64,000 nucleotides of DNA from Sphyrna mokarran (taxonomy: Eukaryota): positions 2,914,001-2,978,000 of the forward strand of contig JAGIQG010000023.1 in the NCBI GenBank assembly GCA_024679065.1. Direction: 5' to 3'. The position numbers and the translations under genes are program-made. Positions 25,475-38,800 of the stretch are shown here, in pieces. Position 1 is the stretch's first letter, and each line of letters opens with the position of its first letter. The notes under the pieces are model-generated. The model saw nothing but the letters and a program-made list of their open reading frames with translations, had not been told where the DNA came from and did not search any database.

Positions 25475-26094
25475 TTAAAAAAAAATAATCAATGGTTTAA
25501 TTTTTTTTTACAACCTCATCCATCAGTAGAGCCTGTGTAAAGGAGCAACAGCAGGCACAGGAAGGACAATTTGCAGCAAGGACAATGATCATTTGCCACA
25601 GCGCAGAATCACCCGTCACCAGGGTCACTGGATTTATCTCACATGCTGAACAAATGATTCCATTTATAACATGACAGGAGCTTCTAAAAGCAATAAATAC
25701 TGCCACTAAAATGTCACAGGATTGAACAGAAGTCAAACCGAGCTCTGCTAGACTGTGATGCAGCAAGAAAATTGCTATAATGGGATTCGATTACACTGAG
25801 GACAGACCAGGCTTCCCCTGAAGCAGTAATAACACGTTCAGTTACACACATTTACTCCCTAAGCAGCCCATACACAGGTAGAAATATCAGCTATGGGAGA
25901 AGAGAAATGGTAAAGGGGCACCTTAATACCCACCAGCCAGATTCTCAAATACAGATTTCTTATCCCATGCTTACACTTCTGTGGCATTGCGCCCTTCCCA
26001 TCTCTATCCTCCTCTTGCCTAAGAAACCCCACCACCTCCTCAACTCATTTTCTTCAACCCCAGAGCGTGGTGCATCTCTACCCACTGCCTTTTC

Positions 26095-26398
26095 ATAGTT
26101 CATAGAATCCTTACAGTGCAGAGAGGCTATTCAGCCCATTGAGTCTGCATCGACTGAGAAAGAGTATCCCATCCAGGCCCTCCCTACACCCTGTCCCTGT
26201 AACTCTGCACATTTAGCATGGCCAATCCCCCTAACCTACACATCTTTGGACTGTGGGAGGAAACTGGAGAACCTGGAGGAAATCCACACAGACCCGGAGA
26301 GAATTTGCAAACTCCACACACAGTTATCCAAGGCTGGAATTGAACACAAGTCACTGTCACTGAAGTGGCAGTAGTAACCACTGCGCCACCGTGATGCC
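26095..26398 (-). mobile_element. HE1-like V-SINE, tail type A with CR1-like 3' end (copies also at ~16594-16890 -, 23375-23590 -, 33665-33962 -, 36757-37287 + (split), 43970-44175 -, 54755-55040 +, 55945-56240 -)
   Basis: Same head and V-domain, then ...ggtgcagactcgatgggccgaatggcctcc..tgcactgtaggattctatga, resembling the CR1 tail (HE1 SINE/HER1 LINE pairing described in sharks). Confidence 0.88.
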
Positions 26399-28119
26399 TA
26401 ACTTTGTAGCGTTTTCTATTTTACTAATTAGAAAGCTGCGCTTAAACATCTCCAGTGCTCCACCTTTCTTCAAACCTATTCCTCGGAGCAAGTTTAGACT
26501 CCTTTCAACATCACCTCATTTGGTTCTGCAACTATTTCAACTTTTGTGAAATACTACAAGACTTTTCCCCCACATTAGTTTAAATGGCAATACTTTTCTT
26601 TCCTAACTCCATACTTTCTTGTAATTGCCATGTGTTATCAGCTCATACAAACGTAACAGCAAGCAGCAGCCATTCAGCCTGTTGGGTTTGTTCCTCTACC
26701 ATTTCATGGCTCCTCTGTGACCCAACACCACAGAGTTTCTGGCCCACCAACATGCTGTTTGAAGCTGTGAGGGTATTGAGTGAGAGACAGGTCTCTTTGT
26801 ACAATGCATACCAAGCACGACAACTCAGAATCAGGTAGGTTTGGAAATGTGTTTATTTCCCTTTCAGGATGAGACTGCCACTTGCAAGGCCAGCATTTAT
26901 TGCAAGTTCCGAGATGCACTTGAACCTTGAGATGGTAGTCAATGTTCCTGAACTATTTATGGTAGCACAGTGCTTAGCTCTGCTGCCTCGGAGTGCCAGG
27001 GACCTGGGTTCAATTCTTGGTCAATGTCTGTGCAGAGTCTGCATGTCCTTTCCTTTTCTGCGTGGGTTTCCTCCGGGTGCTCCTCCCACAATCGGAAAGA
27101 CGTGCTGGTTAGGTACATTGGCCGTGCTAAGTTCTCCCTCAGTGTACGCAAACAGGTGCTGGAGTGTCGCAACTGAGGGATTTTCACAGTAACTTCTTTG
27201 CAGTGTTAACGTAAGCCTACTTGTGACATTGATAAATAAACTTCAAAATTTAAGTCTTTATGATAAAGGTACATCAAAAATGCTATCCTGTGTAAATGGC
27301 CTCCTTTTGTACTATGGATACCTAGTTGGTGACTATGTGGGGTGGTTCTAATAGCCACTACACATCCAGTCTGCTGGAGATCACAGAAATAAGGAAGGTT
27401 CAGGAGTTGAACAATGTATAGAAAGATAGGCTGTGGGTGATTCAAAGAAATTCAGTGCAGTGAATGGTGAAGCTAATCATTAACAGAAACCACCATTCTG
27501 CTCCCAACAAGAGACATGAACAGTAGGAGGTGGACTAAAGCAGGTTAGGGGACCCAATCCACTTTAAAAGTCCTGTTAAAAAAACTCACTCTTCAAGAAT
27601 TTTCTCCCTGCCATGCAACTGTCTATCTTTCTGACAGACCAGAGGCTGCCGTAAATTAGACTCCGATTTTGAGTCGCATGAGCCAAGCAACTCAGCCATC
27701 GGAAATCAATTCTGAGGCCTCCCTGAGTTAAGTGCTTTCTACAGCGGAAGGCATCTCAGCTGCTCACTAATTTCTCTGCGTGTCTCAGATCCAATTCTAC
27801 AGGTCGCAAAAGCAAGGATCACACAGAAATTTTTAAAAGCCCCCATAAGGAACTAGCTCATTGATCCAAACAAAGTCAGTAACACTGTTACACTTGATGG
27901 CAGTAAATATGCAATGCCACAGACAATCCCCTCCCCTTATGCACTCTAACTCAAACCTCTGGGGGTTTTTTCTTCTGTGTCATCTTATTCCTTTTTCCCC
28001 CGCTTTTAATAACTGATTGATATTTAACTTTCTCCCACACAGCGGCTGACAACTGACAAGGTAGCAATGATTGGAATGCAGCTCAGTGATAGGGAAATCC
28101 TTCTCCTCCTCCTGCCCCA

Positions 28120-31100
28120 TCGTTAAGGACAGGCAACAACACCTGCTCCATGATTATCCTCAACACTGGCGTCCCAGAAGGCTAACTTCTCAGCCCCCTA
28201 CTATAGCCCTTACACACCTATAGCTGAGGTGGGCTGAGATTAGAAACAAGAAAGGAGTGATCACACTGTTGGGAGTTTTTTATAGGCCTCCAAAAAGTTC
28301 CAGAGAAGTAGAGGAAGGGATTACAAAGTTGATCCTGGATAGGTGTGAAAGTAACAGGGTAGTTGTAATGGGGGACTTTAACTTTTCTAATATCGATTGG
28401 AAAAGCTATAGTTCAAGTACGTTAGAGGGGTCAGTTTTTGTTCAATGTGTGCAAGAAGGTTTCATGACTCAGTATATAGATAGACCAACAAGAGGTGAGG
28501 CTATATTGGATTTGGTACTGGGTAATGAACCAGACCAGGTGTTAGACTTGGAGGCGGGTGAACACTTTGGTGATAGTGACCACAATTCGGTTACGTTTAC
28601 CTTAGTGATGGAAAGGGATGGGCACATACCGAATAACAGTAGTTATAGCTGGGGGAAAGGTAATTATGAGGCTATTAGGAGAGATTTAGGATGCATAGAG
28701 TGGAGAAGGAAATTGCAGGGGCTGGGGACATCTGAAATGTGGAGCATATTTAAGGAACAGCTTCTGCATGTCCTTAATGAATATGTACCTGCCAGGCAGG
28801 GAGGAAGTGGTCGAGTGAGGGAACCACGGTGTACTAAGGAAGTTGAATCTCTGGTGAAGAGGAAGAAGGAGGCTTATATAATGATGAGACATGAAGGCTC
28901 AGTTAGGGCAATGGAGAGCTATAAATCAGCCAGGAAGGAGCTAAAGAGGGAGTTGAGAAGAGCTGGAGAGGACACGAGAAGACTTTGGCAGATAGGATTA
29001 AGGAGAATCCTAAAGCTTTTTACAGGTATATAAATAATAAAAGATTGGTTAGGGCAAGATTAGGGCCAGTCAGAGATAGCAGTGGGAAGTTGTGCGTGGA
29101 GCCTGAGGAGATAGGAGAGACACTGAATGAGTATTTTTCTTCAGTATTCACGCAGGAGAAAGACAATATTGTCGGGAAGAATACTGCGATACTAGGTTGT
29201 AGACTGGGCAGGATTGAGGTTCATAAGGAGGAGGTGTTAGCTAATCTTGAGGGTATGAAAATTGATAAGTCCCCTGGGCCAGATGGGATTTACCCTAGGA
29301 TTCTCTGGGAGGCTAGAGAGGAGATTGCAGAGCCTTTGGCTTTGATCTTCATGTCGTCGTTGGCTACAGGTATAGTGCCGGAAGACTGGAGGATGGCAAA
29401 TGTTGTCCCTTTGTTCAAAAAGGGAGTAGGGACCATCCTGGAAATTATAGACCGGTGAGCCTGACTTCTGTTGTGGGCAAAGTCTTGGAAAGAATTATAA
29501 GGGATAGGATTTATAAGCATCTAGAGAGAAAAAAATTGATTAGGGATAGTCAGCACGGTTTTGTGAAGGGTAGGTCGTGCCTCACAAACCTTATTGAGTT
29601 TTTTGAGGAGGTGACCAAAGAGGAAGATAAGGGTAAGGCAGTTGATGTAGTGTATATGGATTTTAGCAAAGCGTTTGATAAGGTTCCCATGGTAGGCTAC
29701 TGCAGAAAGTGCAGATGCATGGGATTGAAGGTGATTTAGCAGTTTGGATTAGGAATTGGCTAGCTGATAGAAGACAGAGGGTGGGGGTTGATGGGAAATA
29801 TTCAACCTGGAGTGCAGTTACAAGTGGTGTACCTCAAGGATCTGTTTTAGGGCCACTGCTGTTTGTCATTTTTATAAATGACCTAGATGAGGGTGTAGAG
29901 GGTTGGATTAGTAAATTTGCTGACGATACCAAAGTGGGGGAGTTGTAGACAGCGAGGATGGATGTTACAGTTTGCAGAGGGACATAGATAGGTTGCAGAG
30001 CTGGGCCGTGAGGTGGCAAATGGAATTCAATACGGATAAGTGTGAGGTGATTCACTTTGGTAGGAATAACAGGCATATGAAATATAGGGCTAATGGAAGG
30101 ACCCTTAATAGTTTTGTCGAGCAGAGGGATCTTGGGGTACAAGTACATAGCTCTTTGGAAGTTGGCACCCAGGTTGATAAAGTTGTTAAGAAGGCGTACG
30201 GTGTGTTAGCTTTTATTGGTAGAGGGATTGAATTTAGGAGCCTTGAGGTTATGTTACAACTGTACAAAACTCTGGTGCGGCCGCACTTGGAGTATTGCGT
30301 AAGTTCTGGTCGCCGCATTATAAGAAAGATGTGGAAGCATTGGAAAGGGTGCAGAGGAGGTTTACCAGGATGTTGCCTGATATGGTGGGAAGGCCTTATG
30401 AGGAAAGGCTGAGGGACCTGAGGTTATTTTCATTAGAGAGAAGAAGGTTACGCAGTGACCTAATTGAGGCGTATAGATGATCAAGGGATTGGATAGGGTG
30501 GATAGTGAGAGCCTTTTTCCTCGGATGGTGATGACCAACACGAGGGGACATAACTTTAAAGTAAGAGGTGGTAGTTATAGGACGGATGTCAGAGGCAGGC
30601 TCTTCATACAGAGGGTGGTGAGGGCGTGGAATGCCCTGCCTGCAGCAGTTGTGGACTCGCCTACTTTGGGGGCATTCAAATGTTTGGTGGATAGGCATAT
30701 GGATGACATTGGAATAGTTTAGGTTAGAGGGTCCACTGGCTGGCGCAACATCGAGGGCCGAAGGGCCTGTACTGCGCTGTAATGTTCTATGTTCTATATC
30801 TGTGTGGCCAAATTCCCCTCCAATTCAGTTTCCAAGGTTGCTGACACCACAACCGTACTGGATTGGATCTCAATGACGAGACAGAGCACAGGAATGAGAT
30901 AGAGAATCTGGTGAACTGGTGTGGTAACAATAATCTCTCACTCAATGTTAGGAAATGAAAAAAATCGTCATTGACTTCAGGAAGCATAAAAGAGGACATC
31001 ATTGGGGATGAAGTGGAAATGACCGAAAGCTTCAACTTTTTAGGTGTCCGGATCACGGTGCCCTGGTTCCCCTATGCCAACACTATAGATAAGAAAGTCC

Positions 31101-31624
31101 ACCAAGGCCTCTACTTTCTCAGAAGACTAAGGAAATTTGGCATGTCTGGTATGCTTTCAATAAAATTTACAGATGCAGCATAGAAAGCATTCTTTCTGGT
31201 TGTATCACAGCTTGGTATGGCTCCTGCTCTGCTCAAGAAACTATAAAAGGTCCTGAATGTAGTCCAATCCATCCATTGACTCTCTGCACTTCCTGCTGAC
31301 TCGGCAAAACAGCATAATTAAGGACTCCACAACACCACGGATATTCTCTCTTCCACCTTTTTCTGTCAGGAAAAAGATACAAAAGTCTGAGGTCACATAC
31401 CAACTGACTCAAGAACAGTTTCTTGCCTGCTGGCCTCAGACTTTTGAATGGGCTTACCTTGCATTAGGTTGATCTTTCCCTACATCCTTGCTAGGGCTGT
31501 AACATTACATCCTGCACTCTTTTGTTTCATTCTCTATGAATGGTATGCTGTGTCTATATAGAACACAAGAAACAATACTTTTCACTGTATGCAAACACGT
31601 GACACTACTCAAATCAAATCAAAT
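28120..31624 (+). mobile_element. Degenerate Rex1/Babar-like LINE (28120-28224 and 30798-31624) split by the CR1 insertion
   Basis: The left piece reads as degenerate ..ILNTG(A)PQG..LSPLLY.LYTY. The right piece continues CVAKFPSNS..ADxTT..NDETExRNEIENLVNWC..NNLSLNV and LYFLRRLRKFGM. Ends in (tcaaa)n. Confidence 0.75.
28225..30797 (+). mobile_element. CR1-clade LINE, 5'-truncated ORF2 (AP endonuclease C-part plus RT) with several frameshifts and 3' tail
   Basis: ORFs 28257-30722 carry YRPP, MGDFN, LDLVL, GDSDH (APE) and [17 protein letters not shown] (RT). 3' end ...gggccgaagggcctgtactgcgctgtaatgttctatgttctat. Confidence 0.95.
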
Positions 31625-33023
31625 CCATAGGTTGATATCATCTGGGCAAACTAAATCTTCTAAACACAAGGAAATACAAACCTAGTTCTCATGTCCTTGT
31701 AATGTACTCAACTCCAGCTGACGAACTTTCCCTCATTTCTCCCTCCACCCCCAGGCCTCCAAGGCCGATATGTCCAATCTGAGATGCAGTGCCCAGAACT
31801 GAACATGGAGAATGGTTATGGTAACATTTCAGAGGCTCAGATTCAAATCCCAGCATAGCAGTTAGAAAATTCAAATCCAATTAAATAAATCTGATTAAGA
31901 AGTTCACATCAGTAATGGTAACTGTGAAGTATTGAAGGAGATCTACCACACTTAACCTCGACATTTACTCCTGACCTAAATGTGGGTGGAGGTTTGCCAT
32001 CTTCTGATAGGGCCTTGTCAAAAAAGGCTACCAAAAAACCATGATCCATACGACTGCAGTCACTCAAGGCAATGGCTCACCAACACCAGCTCAACGGGAT
32101 GGGCAATAAATGCCAGCCTTGATAACAACACTCATATTCCAAGTATGATTGAAAAAAATACTTGGGTTGCGAGTTCTTATTTCACCTCTTCCTGGAAATT
32201 TGCCAATGATACTTGCTGCCGTTTTTGTCATTACACATTAGTAATGTTTACTTCACAAAATAAATAACATGCAAATCAAAGAAACTCAATATGGTTAACG
32301 TACATTTTTGCAGTTTCAAATGAAACAATTAACTATCTTTGATTTGGCAAATCAATAGATGTTGTTACTCAAGTTATGTAATTATGACTTTTTACAATTC
32401 ACAGCAAGTTAACAAAGAATAAAGAACAGTATAGTGCAAGAACAGGCCCTTCAGCCCTCCAAGCCTGCACTGATCATGACACCTGCCTAAACTAAATCCA
32501 TATCTTTCCATTCGCATCCTATTCATGTATTCATCTTGTTGCCTCTTAAATGTCGTTATCATACCCATTCCCTGGGCAGCTCACTTCAGACATTCTCGAT
32601 CTTCTGCGTAAAAAACTTGCCTTGCACATCTTCCTCTAAAAACTTTCTCCCACACACCTTAAACCTATACCCCTCAGTATTTGACTTTTCTACCCTAGGA
32701 AAGAGCATTCAACTAAAAGGTAAATAAAACCAAAACCAATTCATGGAAAATTGCTGCCAAGTCACCAATAGCAACACTTGGACATTAGACAGACCATTCC
32801 AAGGGATGCGTAGTGGAATCCTGAACTGTGTCCCAAATGCAGTCTAACCTTAGCTTTTATCCCTTTGCATTACAACCTCATTAAGGTAAAAGGTAACGTT
32901 CCATTAGACTTTTAAATTATTTTTTTCTATGGATCCATCAAGTTGAAGTAAATCATGTGCATAGATCCCTAAACCTCTGTTCCTCTACTGCTTTGTTGAA
33001 ATTATAAATCATTCCTCTCTCAC

Positions 33024-33075
33024 CATATGGAATGCCTGTGAGAGCACAGTCCAGGAGTGGAGAGTTCAGGGACAT
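33024..33075 (-). other. Candidate alternative first coding exon of MAGI3 (MSLNSPLLDCALTGIPY-G)
   Basis: ATG at 33075 with G at -3 and an in-frame TGA 10 codons upstream. 17 codons plus 1 nt, then donor TG|gtgaga. Phase 1 matches the exon at 25470. Sits in non-repetitive, GC-richer sequence. Confidence 0.4.
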
Positions 33076-34559
33076 TTCCTGCTGTGTCCAGGGAGGTCCC
33101 AGTCAGCTTCTCTCTGGCTCGGTACAGGAGCTGGTTCTCTACAAGCTCAAACACTCTGAACAGACACAGAAGCAGCCCTGTCTGGTGAACGCTGAAGCTT
33201 TCAAAGAGATTGCTCGGTCAGTCAACCGCAGAGATTGAACTTCCTGCAGATTTTCAGGAGGTATTCCGAGGAGACTGTCCTTGGAGCAAAACCACAACAC
33301 AAGAAATTTAAGTCTCAGGAAGGGAGTAGATGAGGGGAAAGGAACTCAGCGTTTGTTGGAAATAAACTTTAACTGAAGAAAGATGTGGAGGCATAATGAA
33401 CCCAAGTGTTGGATCTTGCCCATGTGTTTGCTTCATGCTTCAACAGCAGAACAGATGACGTACACACAAACCCAGGTTGGGAGAAGCACTAAGCATTTGT
33501 GTACTGTAAGACAAACTATTTTGCTAAATCACCTCCAGCCAGTTTCAGATTCTATAGCCCAATAATGAATGCCCAACCCATCCCTCTCCAAACACCAGGA
33601 CTGTGAGCAAATCCAAATGTACTGGCCATATCGGAGAAAAAGACTTGCATTTCTACAACATCTTTCATAGAATCCCTACAGTGCAGGAGGCTGCTACTTG
33701 GTCCATCGAGCCTATAACGACAACAGGCCCTATTCCCATAAATGTATCCTGCCGGTCCCCCTGACACTAAGGGGTAATTTAGCATGGCCAATGCACGTAA
33801 CCCATACATCTTTGGGCTGTGGGGGGGAAACCAGAGCATCTGGGAGAAACCCATGCAGACACAGGGAGAATGTGCAAACACTACACAGATAGCAACTCAA
33901 GGTCGGAATTGAACCTACATCCCTGTTGCTGTACGGCAGAAGTGCTAGTCATTGTGCCACCTTATTTCACAACCTTATGACATCCCAAAGCATTTTGTGG
34001 CCAATGAAGTTTCGAAGTGTAATTAGTGTTTTAATGTAGGAAACACAGCAGTCAATGTTTTTTCATGTGACTGGATCAGATTCCTAGGATGACCAAGCAT
34101 AAGAGCACTATAGGACTAACTTCACCACACAATGCACAGATGTTCTAGGAAGCTCAGTACTACTTTCTCCCAGGTTAACTAGGAATAGATAATAAAAACC
34201 AACATCGTCAGGCATATCTTATCTCAAGATTTTTTTAAAAAACAGCCTTGGTCTCGGAACATAGCAGAACTCCCTTTGAAATAGTGCCATGTGTGTTTTA
34301 CATTCACTTTAGGAACCAACTTGGTTTAACATCTAACCCAAAAAGCAGTGCCTCCAACATTTAAATTAAAATTGTTAGGTTACTGTGGAAACAGTGACGA
34401 GGGTTAGCCTTGCACAAGTCACGATGTTTTTAAACCAATTAATGGGGGCTGGGCTCTATAGAATCATAGAATTCTATGGTGCAGGAAGCCATTCAGCCCA
34501 TCAAGTCTGCAATGACTACATTCTCACCTGATGCATTTACTCTAACCACCTATGATGTG

Positions 34560-35890
34560 GGCATCATAGAGATGCTATCTATTTGGATTTCTGGAAAGCC
34601 CTTGACAAGGTGCCTTACAGGAGGCTGCTAAATAAGCTAAGACAAAATGGGGTTAGAAACAAAGTACTGGCATGGATAGAAGATTGGCTGACAGACAGAA
34701 GGTAGAGTAGAGATAAGGAGGTCCTTTCCAGATGTCAACTGGTGACTAGTGGTATTCCACAGGGGTCAGTGCTGAGTCTACAACTTTTTACTGTAAAAAT
34801 TAATAATCTGCAAGGTGGAACTGACAGCATTATTGCTAAATTTGCAGATGATACAAGAAATGTAGAGGGATAGGTAGTGGTGAGGAAATGGGGAGGCTGC
34901 AGAATGACTTGGACAGGCGAGGAGAACGGGCAAAAAAATGGCAGATGGAGTGCAATGTAGAGAAGTGTGAAGTTATGTACTTCGGAAGGAAAAATAGAGG
35001 CAGAGACTATTTTTAAATCTGAAGCACAAAGGGACTTGGGAGTCCTAATTAAGGACTCTCATGATTAAGGTGCAGGTTCAGTTGGCAGTTAGGAAGGCAA
35101 ATTCAATGTTAGCATTCATTTCTAGAGGGCTAGAATACAAGGAGTAGAGATGTACTGCTGAGGCTGGATAAGGCTCTGGTCAGACCCCATTTGGAACAGA
35201 GAGAGCAGTTTTGGGCCCCTTACTTATGGAAGGATGTGCTGGCCTTGGAAAGGATCCAGAGGGGATTCACAGGAATGATCCCAGGAATGCAGGATTTGTC
35301 ATATGAGGAGTGTGAGGAATCTGGGTCTAGACTCGACAGAGTTTGGAAGGATGAGGGGGGATATTATTGCAACTCTCAGAATACTGAAAGGCCTAAATAC
35401 AGCAGACATGGAAAGTACGTTTCCATTGGTGAAGAGACTAGAATTCGAGGGCACAATTTCAGAGTGAAGAGACATACCTTTAAAACTGAGATGAGGAGGA
35501 ATTTCTTCAGCTCGAGGGTGGTGAACCTGCAGATGTTCAGATTAGGTTGATTGGCTATGCTAAAATTGCCCCTTATTGTCCTGAGATGCGTCAGTTAGAG
35601 AGATTATATGTAGGGATATGGGAGTAGAGCCTGGGTGTGATTATGGTTGATGTGGACTTGATGGGCTGAATGGCCTCTTTCTGTACTGTATGCTTTCTAT
35701 GCTAAAGTTCTATGATAACTCATTGCCACAGAGGACTGTGAAGGCCAGGTTATTAAACGTCTTTAAGACAGAGATGGGTAGGTTCTTGATCAGTAAGGGA
35801 TCAAGGTTACAGGGAAAAGGCAGGAGAATGAGGATGAGAATCATATTAATCGTGATTGAATGGCCTAATTCTGCTCCTGTGCCTTATTGT
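34560..35890 (+). mobile_element. Degenerate CR1 RT/3' portion, interrupted by a V-SINE 3' half at ~35531-35715
   Basis: Remnants DF.KA.DKVP, SG.PQGSVL, KFADDT, FWAPYL.KDVLALERIQR. Confidence 0.85.
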
Positions 35891-38800
35891 CTTATTCATG
35901 CTTTCTGCTGGAGGATAGTGCTAGAATCCGAGCCACTGGTGCGTGTACGAAATGCCACAGACGGATTGCAGATTATCCATGCATACCCCACATGAAGGTG
36001 AGTGACTCTACTCTGCTGGGTGCCGAGGTGCCCAGAGGGCACAATTACAGTTCCTGAGTTGTTATAGGGTCAGGACTGTCACCAGAAAAGTACACAGAGC
36101 ACCTAAAGAGAATGAGTTACTAGGATTTATTTCTATAAACATAGGGGTCACATGGTAGTGGCACTCCCTCCAGTGACAAGTAGGATAATGCAAGGAATGC
36201 ATTTCATTGTGATATGTAACCGGTCAGTCTGGTATACGAGTAGCAAAAGCTCTTGTGTGAATTGCTCAATACATCAACTTACCCCTGTCACTCCACTCAC
36301 CTTCAGGCTTTCTGGAATTTGATCTACTTGTTTTTATTTACATACAGCCAAGAAACCTCAGGACCTGTGTAGTGGATCCACTCAGAGGCATTTATTTTAC
36401 TAATTGGCTCAGCACACAGAATTTATCAGTCCTTTACAAGTTTTCTAGCTTTCATTGTTAACAAAGTGAAATTTCCACAGGAGCTATTTGTTTGGCATCA
36501 GTCTGGATATTCTGAACTAGAACCCTCTATCTTACATTAATCGTAGAGTAAACCAAAGGTTAAAGCTATTTGCATACAAGACGTTGCACAAACACCACAG
36601 CCAAAAAGAGTTCAAAACACCCATTACACAACTCTGAAATTTAGAGTGGACAGGTTCTATGCTCAGAAAACACCTGTCACTACGTTATCACTATTTATTC
36701 TGTCGTTCTGACCAAAGATCTGAAACATTAACTCTGATTCTCTCCATAGATCCTATGGGGGTGGCATGGTGGCAGTAATTAGCATTGCTGCCTCACAAAG
36801 AACAAAGATCAAACAAAACTACAACACAGGAACACGTCTTTCAGCCCTCCAAGCCTGCATCGACCCCATGCTGCCCGACAGAGCTAAAATCCTCTATCCT
36901 TCTGGGGGCCATATCCCTCTATTCCCATCCTATTCATGTATTTGTCAAGACGCCCTTTAAAAATCATTACCATATCTGCTTCCACTACCTCCCCTGGCAG
37001 CAAGTTCTAGGCATTGCCAGAGACCAGTCTGGTCTCAGGTCACTGTCTGTGTGGAGTCTGAACATTCTCCCAGTATCTGCTTGTGTTTCCTCCAGGTGCT
37101 CCGGTTTCTTCCCACATTCCAAAGATGTGCAGGTTAGGTGTTTTGGCCATGCTAAATTGTCCCTTGGTGTCAGGGGGACTGGCTAGGGTAAATGTATGGG
37201 TTCATGGGGATAGGGCCTGGGGGCATTAAGATTGGTGCAGACTCAATGGACCAAATGACCTCCTTCTGCACTGTAGGATTCTACGATACTGTCCAATTTG
37301 CTGAATATGTCCATTTTTGCTTTTATTTCAGATTTCTAGCATCCGCAGTATTTTGCTTTTGCAACAGATCAATTTCCCCCGAGGATGCTTGGAAACGATG
37401 TTTAAAATAAATTGGGGAGGGGAGAAAGAAGGTTCTTTTGATAGAAAGAACCATAGTCAAGCCAGAAGAACTGATTCAAATACACACCTCAACAAAAATA
37501 CCAGTCATCAAATCACTAAGTGGCAGCTTTAAATACACATAAATTATAGGTTTCTGTGTTCACTACTGCAAGCCTAAGCAAACCTAGCATTTCCACACAT
37601 CAGTCACACAGCTGCTTACAAAACGAGAATTTGTGCTTGTATGGGAGGTTAAAATCAGAGCTTTTGCAATCACTGGTCTGTGAACATTGACACTTCAAAT
37701 TAAGACGTTAAAAAAAGCGAAGCATCCCACCATGAGCAGCAGAGGCGGCTCAATTGTTGTCACCCATGGATCTGCACTCCCTCCTTACAGACAAAAGGCT
37801 GTGGGTTCACTACACTTAACTAAGCACAAAATCCAGGTCAACACTCCAATGCAGTACTGAGGGAATGCTGCACTGCACCATCTTTCAAACAAGACATACA
37901 AGATCCCTTGACCCAATTTCAGAGATATATGGGAAGTTCTACTTAGTGGTCTCACCAATGTTTAATCCCTTAGCCAACAGTACCAAACCGATTATCCAAT
38001 CGCCATCAGATTGCTGTTTGTGGATGCTGATGTGCGCAAACTGGTTGCTAAATTTCTGACTTTACGATAATGAATAGACTTCATGGTAGCACAGTGGTTT
38101 GCACTGCTGCCTCATAGCTCCAGGGGCTTGGGTTACTGTTTGTATGGAGTTTGCACATTCTCCCCATGTCTGCATGGGTTTCATCCAGGTGCATCGATTC
38201 CCTTCCACAGTCTGAAAGATGTGCTGGTTAGGTGCACTGACCATGCTACAATCTCTCTGTGTACACGAATGGGCGTTGGAATGTGGTGACTAGGGGATTT
38301 TCACAGTAACTTCATTGCAGTATTAATTTAAGCCTACTTGTGACTAATAAATAAACATTAATTTTACTTCAGGGGGGCACTATGCTCTCGAGTTAACAAA
38401 AGGTTTATATAATAAAAGCCTTTTAAAAAAAGTGCCCTAAAACATATCAGCATCCTGACAACACTGGAAGTTGAGGAAGGTTAACATTCCAATTAGTTAG
38501 AGTATTTCACACATTTCAGAATCTGAGGGAAGTGCAAAATGGCTGGCCGCAGCATAACTGCTTACGGCATCTAGGAACAGCATATGGAACAGAGGAGCTA
38601 AAAGGAACATTTAAACATACTGGGGTCTAGGCAGCAGAAATGATCTTTGCCATCTCTTGCAAGATCAGCTGACTGGGAACTGATTCAAACATCACTTCCA
38701 GAAAAACTCTTGCAGCATTCCAGGGACAGCAAGATTGCTGAGGAGACAGGGCATGTCTGAGACAGTATCATGCACACCTGCCCTGCCTGACGGGACAAAA

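Noticed and set aside
33032-33238. 68-aa plus-strand ORF
   Set aside because: No recognisable homology or splice context. The minus-strand exon reading explains the region better.
36290-36310. Strong donor-like AAG|gtgagt on the minus strand
   Set aside because: No convincing upstream acceptor or coding frame was found, and isolated donor motifs are common in long introns.
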